A DNA stretch of 64,000 nt, from positions 768,001 to 832,000 of the forward strand of contig CAWBKB010000003.1 of NCBI GenBank assembly GCA_963789265.1, in the 5' to 3' direction. Shown in pieces: positions 53,151 to 64,000 of this stretch. Below the pieces are notes generated by a model. It made no database searches. It worked only from the letters and a program-made list of their open reading frames with translations, and was not told the origin of the DNA. The number at the start of each line of letters is the position of its first letter. The stretch's first letter is position 1. This DNA comes from an uncultured delta proteobacterium (GTDB taxonomy: Bacteria > Desulfobacterota > Desulfomonilia > Desulfomonilales > Desulfomonilaceae). A program made the position numbers and the translations under genes.

Positions 53151-54324
53151 GCGAACCAAGCCTCACGTGAATGTTGGGACGATAGGTCACATAGATCACG
53201 GTAAGACGACGCTGACTGCGGCGATCACGCGGATACTGTCGAAGAAGGGAATGGCGGAGTATGTACCGTTTGAGGAGATAGACAAGGCGCCCGAGGAGAA
53301 GGAGCGCGGTATCACCATAGCCACGGCGCATGTGGAATATCAGACGGACAAGCGTCATTATGCGCACGTGGACTGTCCGGGTCATGCCGATTACATCAAG
53401 AATATGATAACCGGTGCGGCCCAGATGGACGGGGCAATACTGGTGGTGGGGGCCAATGACGGTCCGATGCCTCAGACTAGAGAGCATATACTCCTGGCTC
53501 GGCAGGTAGGGGTTCCGTATATAGTGGTCTTTTTGAACAAGACGGACATGGTGGACGATCCGGAGCTGATCGAGTTGGTGGAGCTTGAGCTTCGCGAGCT
53601 GTTGAGCTCTTATGAATTTCCCGGTGACGACATACCCATTGTAAAGGGTAGTGCGCTCAAGGCCTTGGAGGCCGGGGATCCTTCCCATCCCGATGCCAAG
53701 TGCATACTTGAGCTCATGGATGCGGTGGATTCTTATGTTCCGGTCCCTGTACGGGAGACGGACAAGCCTTTCTTGATGCCGGTGGAGGATGTGTTCAGCA
53801 TATCGGGTCGAGGTACAGTGGTGACCGGTAGAGTGGAGCGGGGTCGAATAAAGGTGAATGAAGAGGTGGAGATAGTCGGGATACGCGAGACTCGCAAGAC
53901 GGTCTGTACCGGAGTGGAGATGTTTCGCAAGGTGCTGGATTCGGGTGAGGCCGGAGACAATGTGGGGCTTCTGCTTCGCGGCATAAAGCGCGACGAGGTG
54001 GAGCGCGGTCAGGTAGTGGCCCATCCCGGCTCGATTACCCCTCATACGAAGTTCAAGGCCGAGACGTACATCCTGGCCAAGGAGGAAGGCGGTCGGCACA
54101 CGCCGTTCTTCAACGGGTACCGTCCCCAGTTCTATTTCCGGACCACAGACGTGACCGGTGTGATAACGCTCCCGGAAGGAGTGGAGATGGTGATGCCGGG
54201 GGACAATGTCTCTCTGGAGGGTCATCTGATCACCCCCATTGCCATGGAAGAGGGCCTGCGCTTTGCCATCAGAGAAGGGGGCAGGACCGTGGGCGCAGGG
54301 GTGGTCTCGCAGATCATCGAATAA
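53131..54324 (+). CDS. tuf: Elongation factor Tu, copy 2 (intact)
   Basis: [21 protein letters not shown]; 397 aa. Confidence 0.98.
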   Translation: MGKAKFERTKPHVNVGTIGHIDHGKTTLTAAITRILSKKGMAEYVPFEEIDKAPEEKERGITIATAHVEYQTDKRHYAHVDCPGHADYIKNMITGAAQMDGAILVVGANDGPMPQTREHILLARQVGVPYIVVFLNKTDMVDDPELIELVELELRELLSSYEFPGDDIPIVKGSALKALEAGDPSHPDAKCILELMDAVDSYVPVPVRETDKPFLMPVEDVFSISGRGTVVTGRVERGRIKVNEEVEIVGIRETRKTVCTGVEMFRKVLDSGEAGDNVGLLLRGIKRDEVERGQVVAHPGSITPHTKFKAETYILAKEEGGRHTPFFNGYRPQFYFRTTDVTGVITLPEGVEMVMPGDNVSLEGHLITPIAMEEGLRFAIREGGRTVGAGVVSQIIE

Positions 54325-54371
54325 CCAATACCGGACTCGTCGCAGCATAGCGTGAGGCATTGAGTATGGAC

Positions 54372-54680
54372 ATGCAAACTCTCAAAATTAGAATCAGGCT
54401 GAAAGCCTACGATCACAAGCTCCTGGACCAATCGGCAGCGGAGATAGTTGACACAGCCTGGCGAACCGGGGCAAAGGTTGCCGGACCGATACCTCTCCCC
54501 ACGAGGATTCACAAGTACACTGTGTTGCGATCTCCTCATATCGACAAGAAATCCCGTGAACAGTTCGAGATAAGGGTTCACAAGCGGTTGCTGGATATTC
54601 TTGAACCAACTCAGCAAACGTTGGACGCTTTGATGAAATTGGACCTGTCGCCGGGTGTAGACGTCGAGATAAAGGCTTAA
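54372..54680 (+). CDS. rpsJ: 30S ribosomal protein S10
   Basis: [23 protein letters not shown]. Confidence 0.97.
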   Translation: MQTLKIRIRLKAYDHKLLDQSAAEIVDTAWRTGAKVAGPIPLPTRIHKYTVLRSPHIDKKSREQFEIRVHKRLLDILEPTQQTLDALMKLDLSPGVDVEIKA

Positions 54681-54708
54681 GGACCGCCGGATAGGTAAGG
54701 GGCTGCAC

Positions 54709-55314
54709 ATGATTCAGGGAATGATCGGCAAAAAACTAGGGATGGTCCAGCTCTTCGATGAAGAGGGCCACGCCATGGGGGTCACTGTGGTGGAGGCAGG
54801 TCCGTGCACGGTGATCCAGAAGAGAGGTGATTCCAAGTTTCAAGTGGGGTACTCCCCTGCAAAGGAACATAAAGTCTCCAAGCCTCTTCTCGGCCAATTC
54901 CGAAAGGCGGGCACCACCCCATTCAAAATATTGAAGGAATTCCCTGCGGATGATGCGGATTCCATAGAAATCGGGCAGCAATTCAGGGCGGATATCTTCA
55001 ACACCGGGGATACCGTAAAGGTTACGGGTACCGGAAAAGGCAAAGGATTTGCCGGCGTGCTCAAAAAGTGGAATTTCGGAGGAGGACGGGAAACTCACGG
55101 TTCTCGGTCACATCGAATTCCCGGATCGGTCGGACAATGCGCTTGGCCCTCACGGATTTTTAAAGGAAAGAAAATGCCTGGCAGATTGGGCGGTGGCCAG
55201 GTGACTGCGCCTAAGGTCAAAGTTGTGGAAGTGCGGCCTGATGAAAATCTGATCTTTCTGAAAGGTCCCGTTCCTGGAGCCAGAGGGGCCATCATCGTGA
55301 TAAGGAAAAGCTGA
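54709..55314 (+). CDS. rplC: 50S ribosomal protein L3
   Basis: GKKLGM, KGKGFAG, HGSRSHR, KGKKMPG. Confidence 0.97.
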   Translation: MIQGMIGKKLGMVQLFDEEGHAMGVTVVEAGPCTVIQKRGDSKFQVGYSPAKEHKVSKPLLGQFRKAGTTPFKILKEFPADDADSIEIGQQFRADIFNTGDTVKVTGTGKGKGFAGVLKKWNFGGGRETHGSRSHRIPGSVGQCAWPSRIFKGKKMPGRLGGGQVTAPKVKVVEVRPDENLIFLKGPVPGARGAIIVIRKS

Positions 55315-55940
55315 TGCCCTTGGTAGATGTGATCAACCAAAAAGGGGAAAAGGTCAACTCCATCGAATTGGATGAGACCGTGTTCAACGCGGACATCCGG
55401 GACGCCCTGGTTCAGAGGGTGGTGGTTTGGCAATTGGCGAAACGCCGGGGCGGCACCGCCTCCACGAAGACCAGAGGAGAGATAAGGGGAGGCGGCAAAA
55501 AGCCTTGGCGGCAAAAGGGTACCGGGCGGGCAAGGGCAGGCACAAACCGGTCCCCCATTTGGACCGGAGGCGGAACGACCTTCGGCCCTAAGCCTCGCTC
55601 CTACGCTTTCTCCCTACCCAAGAAAGTCCGAAAAGCTGCCCTCAGGTCGGCCCTTAGCTCCAAGCTTAAAGACGACCGACTCACTATCGTGGACAAAATC
55701 GAACTTGAAGCCCCCAAGACAAGGCTCTTCGTTGAAACCATGAAGACGATGGGCTTGGAAACTGAAAAGACTCTGTTTGTAACCGCCCATAAAGACGAGG
55801 CATTGCAGCGGTCATCCCGGAACCTCTATCGGGTGTTGGTGCTCCCGACAGAGGGGCTCAACGTCTACGACCTGCTTCGCTTCGACCGGCTTGTGGTCCT
55901 CGAAGCTGCGGTTCCAAGAATCCATGAGAGGTTGGGCTGA
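55314..55940 (+). CDS. rplD: 50S ribosomal protein L4
   Basis: KPWRQKGTGRAR. Confidence 0.97.
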   Translation: MPLVDVINQKGEKVNSIELDETVFNADIRDALVQRVVVWQLAKRRGGTASTKTRGEIRGGGKKPWRQKGTGRARAGTNRSPIWTGGGTTFGPKPRSYAFSLPKKVRKAALRSALSSKLKDDRLTIVDKIELEAPKTRLFVETMKTMGLETEKTLFVTAHKDEALQRSSRNLYRVLVLPTEGLNVYDLLRFDRLVVLEAAVPRIHERLG

Positions 55941-56230
55941 TGCTTGAAGAGTACCAAATAGTCCGACGACCGGTAGTTACTGAAAAGGGATCCACGCTCA
56001 AGGATGAGAACAATCAACTCATTTTTGAGGTGGCACTCGGGGCCAATAAGTCCGAGATCAAGAAGGCGGTCGAGAAACTTTTCAAAGTAACAGTCTTGTC
56101 TGTCCGAACTCAGAACCGCCTGGGAAAACGTAAGAGACTCGGTCGCTCGGTTGGCCGCCGTAAGCATTGGAAGAAGGCGCTTGTGACACTTAAAGAGGGT
56201 GACCGTGTGGACTATTTTGAAGGAGTTTAG
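55940..56230 (+). CDS. rplW: 50S ribosomal protein L23
   Basis: PVVTEK, ANKSEIKKAVE, WKKALVTL. Confidence 0.97.
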   Translation: MLEEYQIVRRPVVTEKGSTLKDENNQLIFEVALGANKSEIKKAVEKLFKVTVLSVRTQNRLGKRKRLGRSVGRRKHWKKALVTLKEGDRVDYFEGV

Positions 56231-56321
56231 ATCTTGGCTCGCACTGTCTGATCGGCCTTTGGAGCAGGCTCCAAACTCAGCATGGACCGATCCGGACATA
56301 AATAGCGTCAAGGACTGATTC

Positions 56322-57146
56322 ATGGGCATAAAGAAATACAAGCCGACATCTCCAGGCATCAGGTTTCAGACGGGGTTGACTTTCGAGGAGATCACCGCTC
56401 GCAAACCCCTCAAGGCTCTGGTGCAAGGAACAGGCAAGACAGGCGGCCGAAACAACAACGGCAGAATAACTGTCAGGCATCGCGGCGGGGGACACAAGCG
56501 GCTGTTCCGCGTCATCGATTTCAAAAGAGACAATAGTGATGTCCCCGGCAAGGTGGTCGACGTGCAATACGACCCCAATCGAAGCGCTCGTCTGGCTCTG
56601 ATCAACTACGCGGACGGGGACAAACGTTATATTCTGTGGCCCCAGGGAGTTAAGGTTGGGGACTCGGTAATTGCAGGCGATCGGGTGGATATCAAACCCG
56701 GTAACTGTCTGCCGCTGAAAAATATCCCCTTGGGAACTATGGTTCATAACGTCGAGATGAAAATCGGCAAGGGCGGCCAAATCATACGTTCCGCGGGGAC
56801 TTACGGCCAGTTGATGGCTAAGGAAAAAGGCTACGTCCAGCTAAAGCTCCCCTCGGGCGAGGTCCGCATGGTCTTGGACCGCTGCCGCGCGACCGTAGGT
56901 CAGGTAGGTAACCTGGATCATGAAAACGTTTCGTTGGGGAAAGCGGGCCGGACTCGGCTTCTGGGCCGTCGCCCTAAAGTCCGCGGTGTTGTCATGAATC
57001 CGGTTGATCATCCCCACGGTGGCGGCGAAGGTCGGACTTCCGGCGGGCGTCATCCGGTCACCCCATGGGGAGTGCCGACCAAAGGGTACAAGACCCGTAA
57101 GCGAGGCAAGGCCTCTGACAGATTCATCCTTAAACGAAGGAAGTAA
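56322..57146 (+). CDS. rplB: 50S ribosomal protein L2
   Basis: [29 protein letters not shown]. Confidence 0.98.
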   Translation: MGIKKYKPTSPGIRFQTGLTFEEITARKPLKALVQGTGKTGGRNNNGRITVRHRGGGHKRLFRVIDFKRDNSDVPGKVVDVQYDPNRSARLALINYADGDKRYILWPQGVKVGDSVIAGDRVDIKPGNCLPLKNIPLGTMVHNVEMKIGKGGQIIRSAGTYGQLMAKEKGYVQLKLPSGEVRMVLDRCRATVGQVGNLDHENVSLGKAGRTRLLGRRPKVRGVVMNPVDHPHGGGEGRTSGGRHPVTPWGVPTKGYKTRKRGKASDRFILKRRK

Positions 57147-57151
57147 TTGCA

Positions 57152-57436
57152 ATGCCCCGTTCGGTACATAAGGGTCCTTTCGTAGACGACAACGTACTGA
57201 GGAAGGTCGTGCAGGCCCGGGACACTGGATCGCGAAAAGTCATTCAGACCTGGTCCCGAAGGTCGACGATTATTCCCGATATGGTCGGCCTCACTTTCGC
57301 TGTTCACAACGGCAAGAAATTCATCCCCGTGTTCATTAGTGAAAACATGGTCGGCCACAAGCTTGGCGAATTCTCTCCGACTCGTACATTTCACGGCCAT
57401 GCCGGGGATAGAAAAGCCAAAAAGGGGAGAAAGTAA
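57152..57436 (+). CDS. rpsS: 30S ribosomal protein S19
   Basis: [17 protein letters not shown]. Confidence 0.98.
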   Translation: MPRSVHKGPFVDDNVLRKVVQARDTGSRKVIQTWSRRSTIIPDMVGLTFAVHNGKKFIPVFISENMVGHKLGEFSPTRTFHGHAGDRKAKKGRK

Positions 57437-57768
57437 TGGAGTGGGAGTCAACCCTGAGGCACGCGCATATTTCTGCCCGCAAGGCAAGACTGGTGGCAGA
57501 TTTGGTACGCGGAATGAAAGCGGACGCGGCCCTTGCCACACTTCAGTTCACGCCGCAAAAAGCTGCCGGAATGATCAGGAAGGTGCTCCAGTCCGCGATC
57601 GGCAACGCATCGCAGTCCAGCGGGGTTGACGAAGATCGGCTTTACATAAGCCGCATTACGGTGGATGAAGGCCCTACGGCCAAACGATGGAGTCCGAGGG
57701 CTATGGGACGAGCCACGCGCATACGTAAACGAACGAGTCATATCTGCGTGGCATTGACGGAGGATTGA
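57436..57768 (+). CDS. rplV: 50S ribosomal protein L22
   Basis: SARKARLV, PRAMGRA, KRTSHI. Confidence 0.97.
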   Translation: MEWESTLRHAHISARKARLVADLVRGMKADAALATLQFTPQKAAGMIRKVLQSAIGNASQSSGVDEDRLYISRITVDEGPTAKRWSPRAMGRATRIRKRTSHICVALTED

Positions 57769-57843
57769 TTTTTCCAACACGGAGGATCCGGCCAGAGAAT
57801 TTGGCTTGCATAGGATCCCCCACCGACCCGCAGGAGGGTTATT

Positions 57844-58488
57844 TTGGGACAGAAGGTACATCCGCTCGGATTTCGGCTCGGCGTCACTCGGACGTGGGAT
57901 TCTCGCTGGTTTTCTCAAAAGGATTACGGCGACTTTTTGATAGAGGATCTCAGGCTTCGGGATTTCGTAAAAAAACGGCTCTCGCAAGCCAGCATTTCTA
58001 AGATAGAAATCGAGCGAGCTGCGGGCAAGATCCGTCTGATCATTCACACGGCGCGTCCCGGAATTGTCATAGGTCCTAAGGGAAGCGAAATTGAAAAGCT
58101 TCGTCGCGAAATTCTACGTATGACCCGGAAGGATGTCATAGTAGACATCAAAGAGATCCGCAAACCGGAGATTGACGCTCAGCTTGTTGCAGAAAATGTC
58201 GCTCAACAACTTGAGAGACGTATAGCTTTCCGCCGAGCTATGAAGAAGTCCGTCACAAGCGCTTTGAAGTCCGGTGCGAAAGGCGTCCGAATAGCAACCG
58301 CAGGACGTCTGGGCGGGGCGGAAATGGCCAGACGCGAGTGGTATCGGGAAGGCAGAGTGCCTTTACACACGCTGAGAGCCGATATTGATTACGGATTCGC
58401 TCAGGCTTCCACCACTTACGGCGTGATCGGCGTGAAGGTTTGGATCTTCAAGGGTGAGATGATCAAGAGCACCGCAGCGGAGAAGTAA
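57844..58488 (+). CDS. rpsC: 30S ribosomal protein S3
   Basis: [24 protein letters not shown] start. Confidence 0.97.
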   Translation: MGQKVHPLGFRLGVTRTWDSRWFSQKDYGDFLIEDLRLRDFVKKRLSQASISKIEIERAAGKIRLIIHTARPGIVIGPKGSEIEKLRREILRMTRKDVIVDIKEIRKPEIDAQLVAENVAQQLERRIAFRRAMKKSVTSALKSGAKGVRIATAGRLGGAEMARREWYREGRVPLHTLRADIDYGFAQASTTYGVIGVKVWIFKGEMIKSTAAEK

Positions 58489-58489
58489 T

Positions 58490-58906
58490 ATGCTTGCCCC
58501 CAAGAAAGTTAAATACAGGAAAAGGCAAAAAGGCCGAACGACCGGACGACCTCTCAAGGGGACACGTGTCTCCTTCGGTGAATTCGGTCTTATGGCCATG
58601 GCCCCTGGATGGATTACGGCGCGGCAGATCGAAGCAGGCCGGGTGGCCATGACGCGCCATGTGAAAAGGGGCGGCAAGATCTGGATTCGCCTGTTTCCGG
58701 ACAAGCCTATAACTAAGAAACCCGCCGAAACTCGCATGGGCAAAGGCAAGGGGGCCCCCGAAGAATGGGTAGCGGTGGTCAAACCCGGGAAGATCATGTA
58801 CGAGATGGAGGGCGTTCCTGCCGAAGTAGCTAGAGAGGCCTTCCGTCTTGCGGCGAGGAAACTGCCTATTAAGTCCCGATTCGTGATTCGTGAGGAGTTG
58901 ACATGA
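58490..58906 (+). CDS. rplP: 50S ribosomal protein L16
   Basis: RMGKGKG, QIEAGR. Confidence 0.97.
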   Translation: MLAPKKVKYRKRQKGRTTGRPLKGTRVSFGEFGLMAMAPGWITARQIEAGRVAMTRHVKRGGKIWIRLFPDKPITKKPAETRMGKGKGAPEEWVAVVKPGKIMYEMEGVPAEVAREAFRLAARKLPIKSRFVIREELT

Positions 58907-59097
58907 AGCCGCAAGAACTAAGGGAACTGTCCCCGGAAGAACTGGCGGGCAAGGAGAAAGATTTTCGCGAAGAGGAATTCAAGCTTCGCTTCAAACATGC
59001 CACCGGTCAGCTTGATAAAACTGCACGTCTCAAGAAGCTCCGAAGGGATATAGCTCGGGTGAAGACCATCATCAGAGAAAAGGAGGCGTCTGCATGA
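58903..59097 (+). CDS. rpmC: 50S ribosomal protein L29
   Basis: [17 protein letters not shown]. Confidence 0.96.
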   Translation: MKPQELRELSPEELAGKEKDFREEEFKLRFKHATGQLDKTARLKKLRRDIARVKTIIREKEASA

Positions 59098-59381
59098 CGA
59101 ACTCCTCTGAAATCAAAAAGCAGCGTAAGATCAGGACTGGTGTGGTAATCAGCAACAAAATGGACAAGACTGTTGTTGTCGAAGTCAGCCGCACAGTGAT
59201 CCATCCGGTCTACAAGAAGTTTGTCCGCCGCAGAAAACGATTCATGGCCCACGATGAAGGAAACCGCTGCCATATTGGCGACAAAGTGATGATCGTGGAA
59301 ACCCGGCCGCTGAGCCGGCACAAGAATTGGCGTGTCAGCAAGGTTGTCAGAGAGGCACCGCTACCTGGAGGTGCTTCATGA
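59094..59381 (+). CDS. rpsQ: 30S ribosomal protein S17
   Basis: [19 protein letters not shown]. Confidence 0.97.
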   Translation: MTNSSEIKKQRKIRTGVVISNKMDKTVVVEVSRTVIHPVYKKFVRRRKRFMAHDEGNRCHIGDKVMIVETRPLSRHKNWRVSKVVREAPLPGGAS

Positions 59382-59746
59382 TTCAGCAGCAGACGCGCAT
59401 GTACGTCGCGGACAATTCGGGAGCAAAAGAGCTATATTGCATTAAGGTTCTCGGCGGGACCAAGCGCAAATACGCAAGCGTCGGCGATGTGGTGGTCGTT
59501 TCCGTGAAGGAGGCTATCCCAAATTCAAAGGTTAAGAAGGGCGAGGTTCACAAAGCTGTGGTCGTGCGCACGCGACGTGCGGTTCGACGTGCGGACGGGT
59601 CGTACATCCGCTTCGACGATAATTCAGCAGTCCTGATCAATAATCAGATGGAACCCATCGGCACTCGTATTTTCGGTCCGGTGGCTCGGGAGTTGAGAGC
59701 CAAAAAGTTCATGAAGATTGTGTCCCTGGCTCCGGAGGTTCTTTGA
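59378..59746 (+). CDS. rplN: 50S ribosomal protein L14
   Basis: [27 protein letters not shown]. Confidence 0.98.
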   Translation: MIQQQTRMYVADNSGAKELYCIKVLGGTKRKYASVGDVVVVSVKEAIPNSKVKKGEVHKAVVVRTRRAVRRADGSYIRFDDNSAVLINNQMEPIGTRIFGPVARELRAKKFMKIVSLAPEVL

Positions 59747-59748
59747 AT

Positions 59749-60069
59749 ATGTCTCACATCAAGAAAAACGACAGAGTGAAGGTCCTCACGGGGAAAGAAA
59801 AAGGTAGGCAGGGCAAGGTTCTCAAGATATTCAACGACAAGGACGCTGCCTTGGTAGAGCGGCTGAACTTTGTTAAGCGCCACACAAGGCCGGGAGGAAC
59901 TATCGGCGGACAAGGCGGCATCATCGAAAAGGAAGCCCCTATTAAACTTTCAAAGCTGATGCTTGTTTGTCCCAAGTGCTCTAAGTCCACAAGAACTGGT
60001 ATTAGAATTCTCGATGACGGCCACAGAGTTCGTTACTGCAAGAAGTGTGAAGAGCAACTAGACGGTTAG
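59749..60069 (+). CDS. rplX: 50S ribosomal protein L24
   Basis: [26 protein letters not shown]. Confidence 0.96.
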   Translation: MSHIKKNDRVKVLTGKEKGRQGKVLKIFNDKDAALVERLNFVKRHTRPGGTIGGQGGIIEKEAPIKLSKLMLVCPKCSKSTRTGIRILDDGHRVRYCKKCEEQLDG

Positions 60070-60082
60070 AAGGAACAATCTC

Positions 60083-60625
60083 ATGGCGTCGAGGCTGAAA
60101 GAATATTACTTCAAATCTGTCGTGCCGACTCTGATGGATCGGTTCAAGTACAAGAATCCCATGCAGGTGCCCGTTCTCAAAAAGATCGTACTAAACATGG
60201 GGCTGGGTGAAGCTATTCAGAATGCAAAAATCCTGGAAAGCGCCCAACAGGAGATGGCAGTCATAACCGGCCAGTGGCCCGTACTTCGAAAAGCAAGAAA
60301 GTCCATTGCTACGTTCAAGCTCCGGGAAGGGATGACCATTGGCTGCAAAGTCACTTTGAGACGAGAAAACATGTTCCATTTCTTAGACAAGCTGATCAAC
60401 GTCGCCCTTCCGAGAGTCCGAGATTTCCGGGGAGTCAATCCGCGCGGGTTCGACGGACGAGGCAACTTTTCCATGGGAATCAAGGAGCAGATCATTTTCC
60501 CCGAGATCAACTACGATAAGATTGAAAAGATCCGAGGGATGAATGTTACCGTCGTAACTTCCGCGACAACTGACGAGGAAGCCCGAGAATTGTTGACGAA
60601 TCTGGGGATGCCGTTCAGGAAATAG
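60083..60625 (+). CDS. rplE: 50S ribosomal protein L5
   Basis: [20 protein letters not shown]. Confidence 0.98.
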   Translation: MASRLKEYYFKSVVPTLMDRFKYKNPMQVPVLKKIVLNMGLGEAIQNAKILESAQQEMAVITGQWPVLRKARKSIATFKLREGMTIGCKVTLRRENMFHFLDKLINVALPRVRDFRGVNPRGFDGRGNFSMGIKEQIIFPEINYDKIEKIRGMNVTVVTSATTDEEARELLTNLGMPFRK

Positions 60626-60650
60626 ATTATTTCTCCTCCAAGGAGGGAAC

Positions 60651-60836
60651 GTGGCCAAGATTTCGATGATAGTTAAGGCCGAGAGGCCTCAGAAGTTCGA
60701 AGTTAGACAATACAATCGATGCCAGATCTGCGGACGGCCGAGGGGCTATTATCGCAAGTTCAAGTTGTGCCGGATATGCTTGAGGAACGAGGCCCTAAAG
60801 GGCCACGTCCCGGGCATGGTCAAATCGAGTTGGTAG
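60651..60836 (+). CDS. rpsN: 30S ribosomal protein S14 (Zn-binding type Z)
   Basis: RCQICGRPR...LCRICLR, 61 aa. Confidence 0.96.
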   Translation: MAKISMIVKAERPQKFEVRQYNRCQICGRPRGYYRKFKLCRICLRNEALKGHVPGMVKSSW

Positions 60837-60848
60837 GAGACTGCTGAA

Positions 60849-61253
60849 ATGAGCATGACTGACCCCATAGCGGACATGTTGACTCGAATCCGCAATGCCA
60901 GGCAAGCGCGCAAGGAACAGGTAACGATTCCTGCCTCGAATCTTAAGATCGGTATCGCCCAGATCTTCAAGGAAGAGGGATACGTCAAGAAATACAAGGT
61001 CATTCGGTCTGCGAAGAACAAACAGGGTGTCCTGAAACTCACTCTACGGTTCGATGATGAGACCTTGTGTGTAATTGAAGGACTGTCCAGGGTTTCCCGG
61101 CCCGGTCGGAGAGTTTACGTCGGTCATGACCACAATTTAAAGAGCCACGGCGGCGTGGGCATGCTTGTCCTTTCGACTTCACAGGGGATCATGACGGACA
61201 AAGAAGCAAAACGGCGCCGAATCGGAGGCGAGGTGCTTTGCAGCATCTGGTAA
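60849..61253 (+). CDS. rpsH: 30S ribosomal protein S8
   Basis: DPIADMLTRIRN, SRPGRRVY, GGEVL. Confidence 0.97.
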   Translation: MSMTDPIADMLTRIRNARQARKEQVTIPASNLKIGIAQIFKEEGYVKKYKVIRSAKNKQGVLKLTLRFDDETLCVIEGLSRVSRPGRRVYVGHDHNLKSHGGVGMLVLSTSQGIMTDKEAKRRRIGGEVLCSIW

Positions 61254-61277
61254 CGGAATACTTCAGGAGCTTTACTG

Positions 61278-61817
61278 ATGTCTAGAATAGGCAAGGCCCC
61301 TATAGCGATACCTGAAAAAGTCAAAGTCACCCTTACGCCCCCAAACCTAACGGTTGAAGGGCCCAAGGGGGCCCTGAGCATGTCAATTTCGAACCTTGTC
61401 AAGGTTGAAACGGACGAGACTCACGTCCGGGTATCCGCGGTACAGGATCACAGAAAATGCCGTGCAATGCACGGCCTGACCAGAACGCTCATTCAGAATA
61501 TGGTGACGGGGGTGACTTCGGGCTTCACTAAGTCACTTGAGATACAGGGAGTCGGATACCGAGCTGAAGCGGGCAAGCAATCGCTCACTCTAAGCGTTGG
61601 CTATTCCAACCCCGTCGTGGTCACGGTCCCCGAGGGCCTGTCCGTCGAAGTAGAGAAAAACACTATTATTCACGTGCGCGGGATTGATAAACAACAGGTC
61701 GGTGAGATGGCGGCGATTATCCGAAGAGTGCGCAAACCCGAACCCTACAGAGGTAAGGGGATACGGTATCTAGGCGAACAGGTTCGGCGTAAGGTAGGAA
61801 AAGCTGGAGCGAAATAG
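61278..61817 (+). CDS. rplF: 50S ribosomal protein L6
   Basis: MSRIGK, GVGYRA, PEPYRGKGIRY. Confidence 0.97.
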   Translation: MSRIGKAPIAIPEKVKVTLTPPNLTVEGPKGALSMSISNLVKVETDETHVRVSAVQDHRKCRAMHGLTRTLIQNMVTGVTSGFTKSLEIQGVGYRAEAGKQSLTLSVGYSNPVVVTVPEGLSVEVEKNTIIHVRGIDKQQVGEMAAIIRRVRKPEPYRGKGIRYLGEQVRRKVGKAGAK

Positions 61818-61889
61818 TTTTTGCGCCCGCTTTTGAATGTCCCCGTGGGCCGTGAGGACGAAAGACCGGCGTTGGAGAGGAAATACAGA

Positions 61890-62259
61890 ATGGCCAGTGA
61901 AACGGAAAAATCGTCATCCAGAGGGAAACGGACCCGACGCGTACGTTATAAAATCGGTTGTAACAGAGAGCGCCCGCGCCTGACAGTGTTTCGATCCAAC
62001 AAGAAACATCTTCGCCCAGATAATTGATGACCGCAAAGGTGTTACTCTGGTTCAAGCGTCTACGCTCGATAAGGAATTTCGCAAGAAACCGGGAGATCCT
62101 TTCAATGCGGATACGGCCCGTCAGGTGGGTAAACGGATCGCAGCCAGGGCCAAGGAACAAAACATAGTCAAAATAGTTTTCGACAGGGGTTCGTACCTAT
62201 ATCACGGCAAGGTTAAAGCCCTGGCTGACGGGGCCCGTGATGGGGGACTGGACTTTTAA
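61890..62259 (+). CDS. rplR: 50S ribosomal protein L18 (+1 frameshift at ~62007)
   Basis: [11 protein letters not shown], then NIFAQIIDD...[27 protein letters not shown] in +1 frame. Confidence 0.94.
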
Positions 62260-62278
62260 GGAGCTAAGGAGGAAGCGC

Positions 62279-62818
62279 TTGCTCACCAGATTCGATATGT
62301 CGGCTGAAGCCGAATTGAAGGACCGAGTGGTCCACCTTAATCGCGTCGCAAAAGTGGTCAAAGGCGGAAGGAGATTTTCCTTCAGCGCAGTAGTAGTAGT
62401 TGGCGACGGGCAAGGCCGGGTGGGATTCGGCCTTGGAAAAGCCAATGAGGTTCCTGAGGCTATACGCAAAGGAGTGGATCGCGCTAAATCCTCGTTACTA
62501 GAGGTCCCGATTGTCAATGGCACGGTCCCGCATGAAATCACCGGCGAATATGGTGCAGCTAAGGTGCTTCTGAAACCGGCCGGCTCCGGAACAGGGGTTA
62601 TCGCTGGAGGCGCTGTGCGTGCCGTCATGGAAGCAGTAGGAATCCGGGACATTCTTACCAAGTGTATCGGTACAAATAATCCTCATAACGTGGTCAAGGC
62701 AACCTTTGCGGGGTTAAGAGGTCTTCGGACGCAGCAGCAGATCGCTAAGAAGCTCGGAAGGACCGGCCTGTCCGAAGAAGAGCAAGATAAGGGAGAGGAA
62801 AATGGCCCCAATGGTTAA
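62279..62818 (+). CDS. rpsE: 30S ribosomal protein S5
   Basis: [26 protein letters not shown] start after AGGAGG. Confidence 0.97.
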   Translation: MLTRFDMSAEAELKDRVVHLNRVAKVVKGGRRFSFSAVVVVGDGQGRVGFGLGKANEVPEAIRKGVDRAKSSLLEVPIVNGTVPHEITGEYGAAKVLLKPAGSGTGVIAGGAVRAVMEAVGIRDILTKCIGTNNPHNVVKATFAGLRGLRTQQQIAKKLGRTGLSEEEQDKGEENGPNG

Positions 62819-62990
62819 GGTGACCTTGAAGAAAAGCACCATTAAGGCCACCAAGCGGCAGCGAGAGACCGTGCGTGGTCTGGGGCTTAGGAAACTTCAT
62901 CAGACTCGCCTTCTGCAGGATACTCCCGAGGTACGGGGGATGGTCCTCAAGGTGAACCATCTGGTGGAACTGGAAGAAGTCGCCGAATGA
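62802..62990 (+). CDS. rpmD: 50S ribosomal protein L30
   Basis: [18 protein letters not shown]. Confidence 0.96.
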   Translation: MAPMVKVTLKKSTIKATKRQRETVRGLGLRKLHQTRLLQDTPEVRGMVLKVNHLVELEEVAE

Positions 62991-63013
62991 CTAGGTGCCT
63001 CGTGGAGATGTAG

Positions 63014-63445
63014 ATGAAACTTTCGAACCTACAGAGCCCTGGAAACAAGAAGAGCAAGCGAGTGGGTCGGGGCGAATCGTCCGGGCTTGGCAAGACATGC
63101 GGAAAAGGGCACAAAGGACAGAGGTCCCGCTCGGGAGGAGGAGTGTCGCCGGGCTTCGAGGGCGGGCAGATGCCTCTTCAGAGGCGCCTTCCCAAGAAGG
63201 GTTTTACCAATACCTTCAAGATCCATTACAATATTGTTCATATCAAGGACCTGTCCGGATTTGAGGCAGGTACCGAGATAACGCCGGCGCTGCTGCGGGA
63301 ACAGGGCATAACAAAACGGCAGGGGCCGATAAAGCTTTTGGCCGATGGCGACGTAGGCGGGGCATATAATGTTAAGCTGGATAGGGTAAGTTCCGCGGCC
63401 CGTGCAAAGATCGAGGCCGCGGGTGGCACAGTGGAGGAGCAGTGA
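63014..63445 (+). CDS. rplO: 50S ribosomal protein L15
   Basis: GKGHKGQRSR, FEGGQMPL.RRLPK.GF. Confidence 0.97.
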   Translation: MKLSNLQSPGNKKSKRVGRGESSGLGKTCGKGHKGQRSRSGGGVSPGFEGGQMPLQRRLPKKGFTNTFKIHYNIVHIKDLSGFEAGTEITPALLREQGITKRQGPIKLLADGDVGGAYNVKLDRVSSAARAKIEAAGGTVEEQ

Positions 63446-63509
63446 GATATTGCTCCGCTCGAGCAGGTCTTAAAATCCGATCAAGCTTTTCACGTGGGAG
63501 ACTGGCGTC

Positions 63510-64000
63510 GTGATAGGGTCCATAACCAACATAGCCAAGATTCCGGAACTCAAGCGCAGGATTATCTTCACCCTTCTGATGCTTCTCGTTTATAGGATCG
63601 GGGTGCACATTCCTACCCCCGGCATAAATGAAGTTGCTCTCAAAGATTTTTTTGCCAGGTACCAGCAGACCTTGTTCGGTGTAATTGATATGTTTACCGG
63701 AGGAGCGATGGAGCGTTTCTCCGTGTTCTCACTTGGGATCATGCCTTACATCAGTGCTTCCATCATACTCCAACTGCTTACCGTGGTTATTCCTCACCTG
63801 GAGAGGCTTTCCAAGGAAGGTGAAGCCGGTCGCAAGAAGATCACGCAGTATACCAGGTACGGGACTGTTCTCCTTTCTCTTATTCAAGGGATGGGGATAA
63901 GCATAGGCCTGGCCAAAACCCAGAACTTGGTTTACATACCCGGGCCGGCGTTCGTCATACTCTCGATGATCACCCTGACGGCAGGTACCGCTTTTATAAT
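63510..64000 (+). CDS. secY: Preprotein translocase subunit SecY (3' truncated by window)
   Basis: GTG start; IPELKRRIIFT, YRIGVHIPTPG, SVFSLGIMPYISASII read from sequence. Confidence 0.95.
   Translation, partial: MIGSITNIAKIPELKRRIIFTLLMLLVYRIGVHIPTPGINEVALKDFFARYQQTLFGVIDMFTGGAMERFSVFSLGIMPYISASIILQLLTVVIPHLERLSKEGEAGRKKITQYTRYGTVLLSLIQGMGISIGLAKTQNLVYIPGPAFVILSMITLTAGTAFI

Noticed and set aside
53110..54360. 416-aa minus-strand ORF
   Set aside because: Antisense shadow of tuf; no recognisable motifs; the same text recurs opposite tuf copy 1.

Overview
64 kb of a bacterial chromosome. Gene content (PilS/PilR, a DVU0772-like protein, an IspH-UbiA fusion) suggests an anaerobic deltaproteobacterium (Desulfobacterota); this is inference. 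The left half (1-34.8 kb) holds the end of the trp operon (trpD-C-F-B-A), a solitary single-chain restriction-modification enzyme, and a small Fe-S/redox cluster. It also holds an SCP2 lipid-binding domain fused to TPP-dependent E1 alpha+beta followed by an SDR, secreted/TPR proteins, an acyl-CoA ligase, pilS/pilR, an archaeal-type pyrF-like gene with a dCTP-deaminase-fold gene, TolC plus adaptor, a GT21-like glycosyltransferase, ftsH, a MocA-like gene and ispH-ubiA. The right half (34.9-64 kb) is the conserved translation/transcription superoperon: tRNAs-tuf-rpmG-tRNA(Trp)-secE-nusG-rplKAJL-rpoBC-rpsLG-fusA-tuf-S10-spc up to partial secY. Most notable: (i) the SCP2-E1alpha-E1beta fusion/SDR pair with no E2/E3 nearby, (ii) nested REP/MITE elements in intergenic DNA, one with a recoverable 10-bp target duplication, (iii) two large insertions in RNA polymerase beta-prime, (iv) a 290-bp structured rpsL-rpsG spacer. 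Nine frameshifts, all +1 and several in essential genes, are most likely sequencing errors rather than biology.
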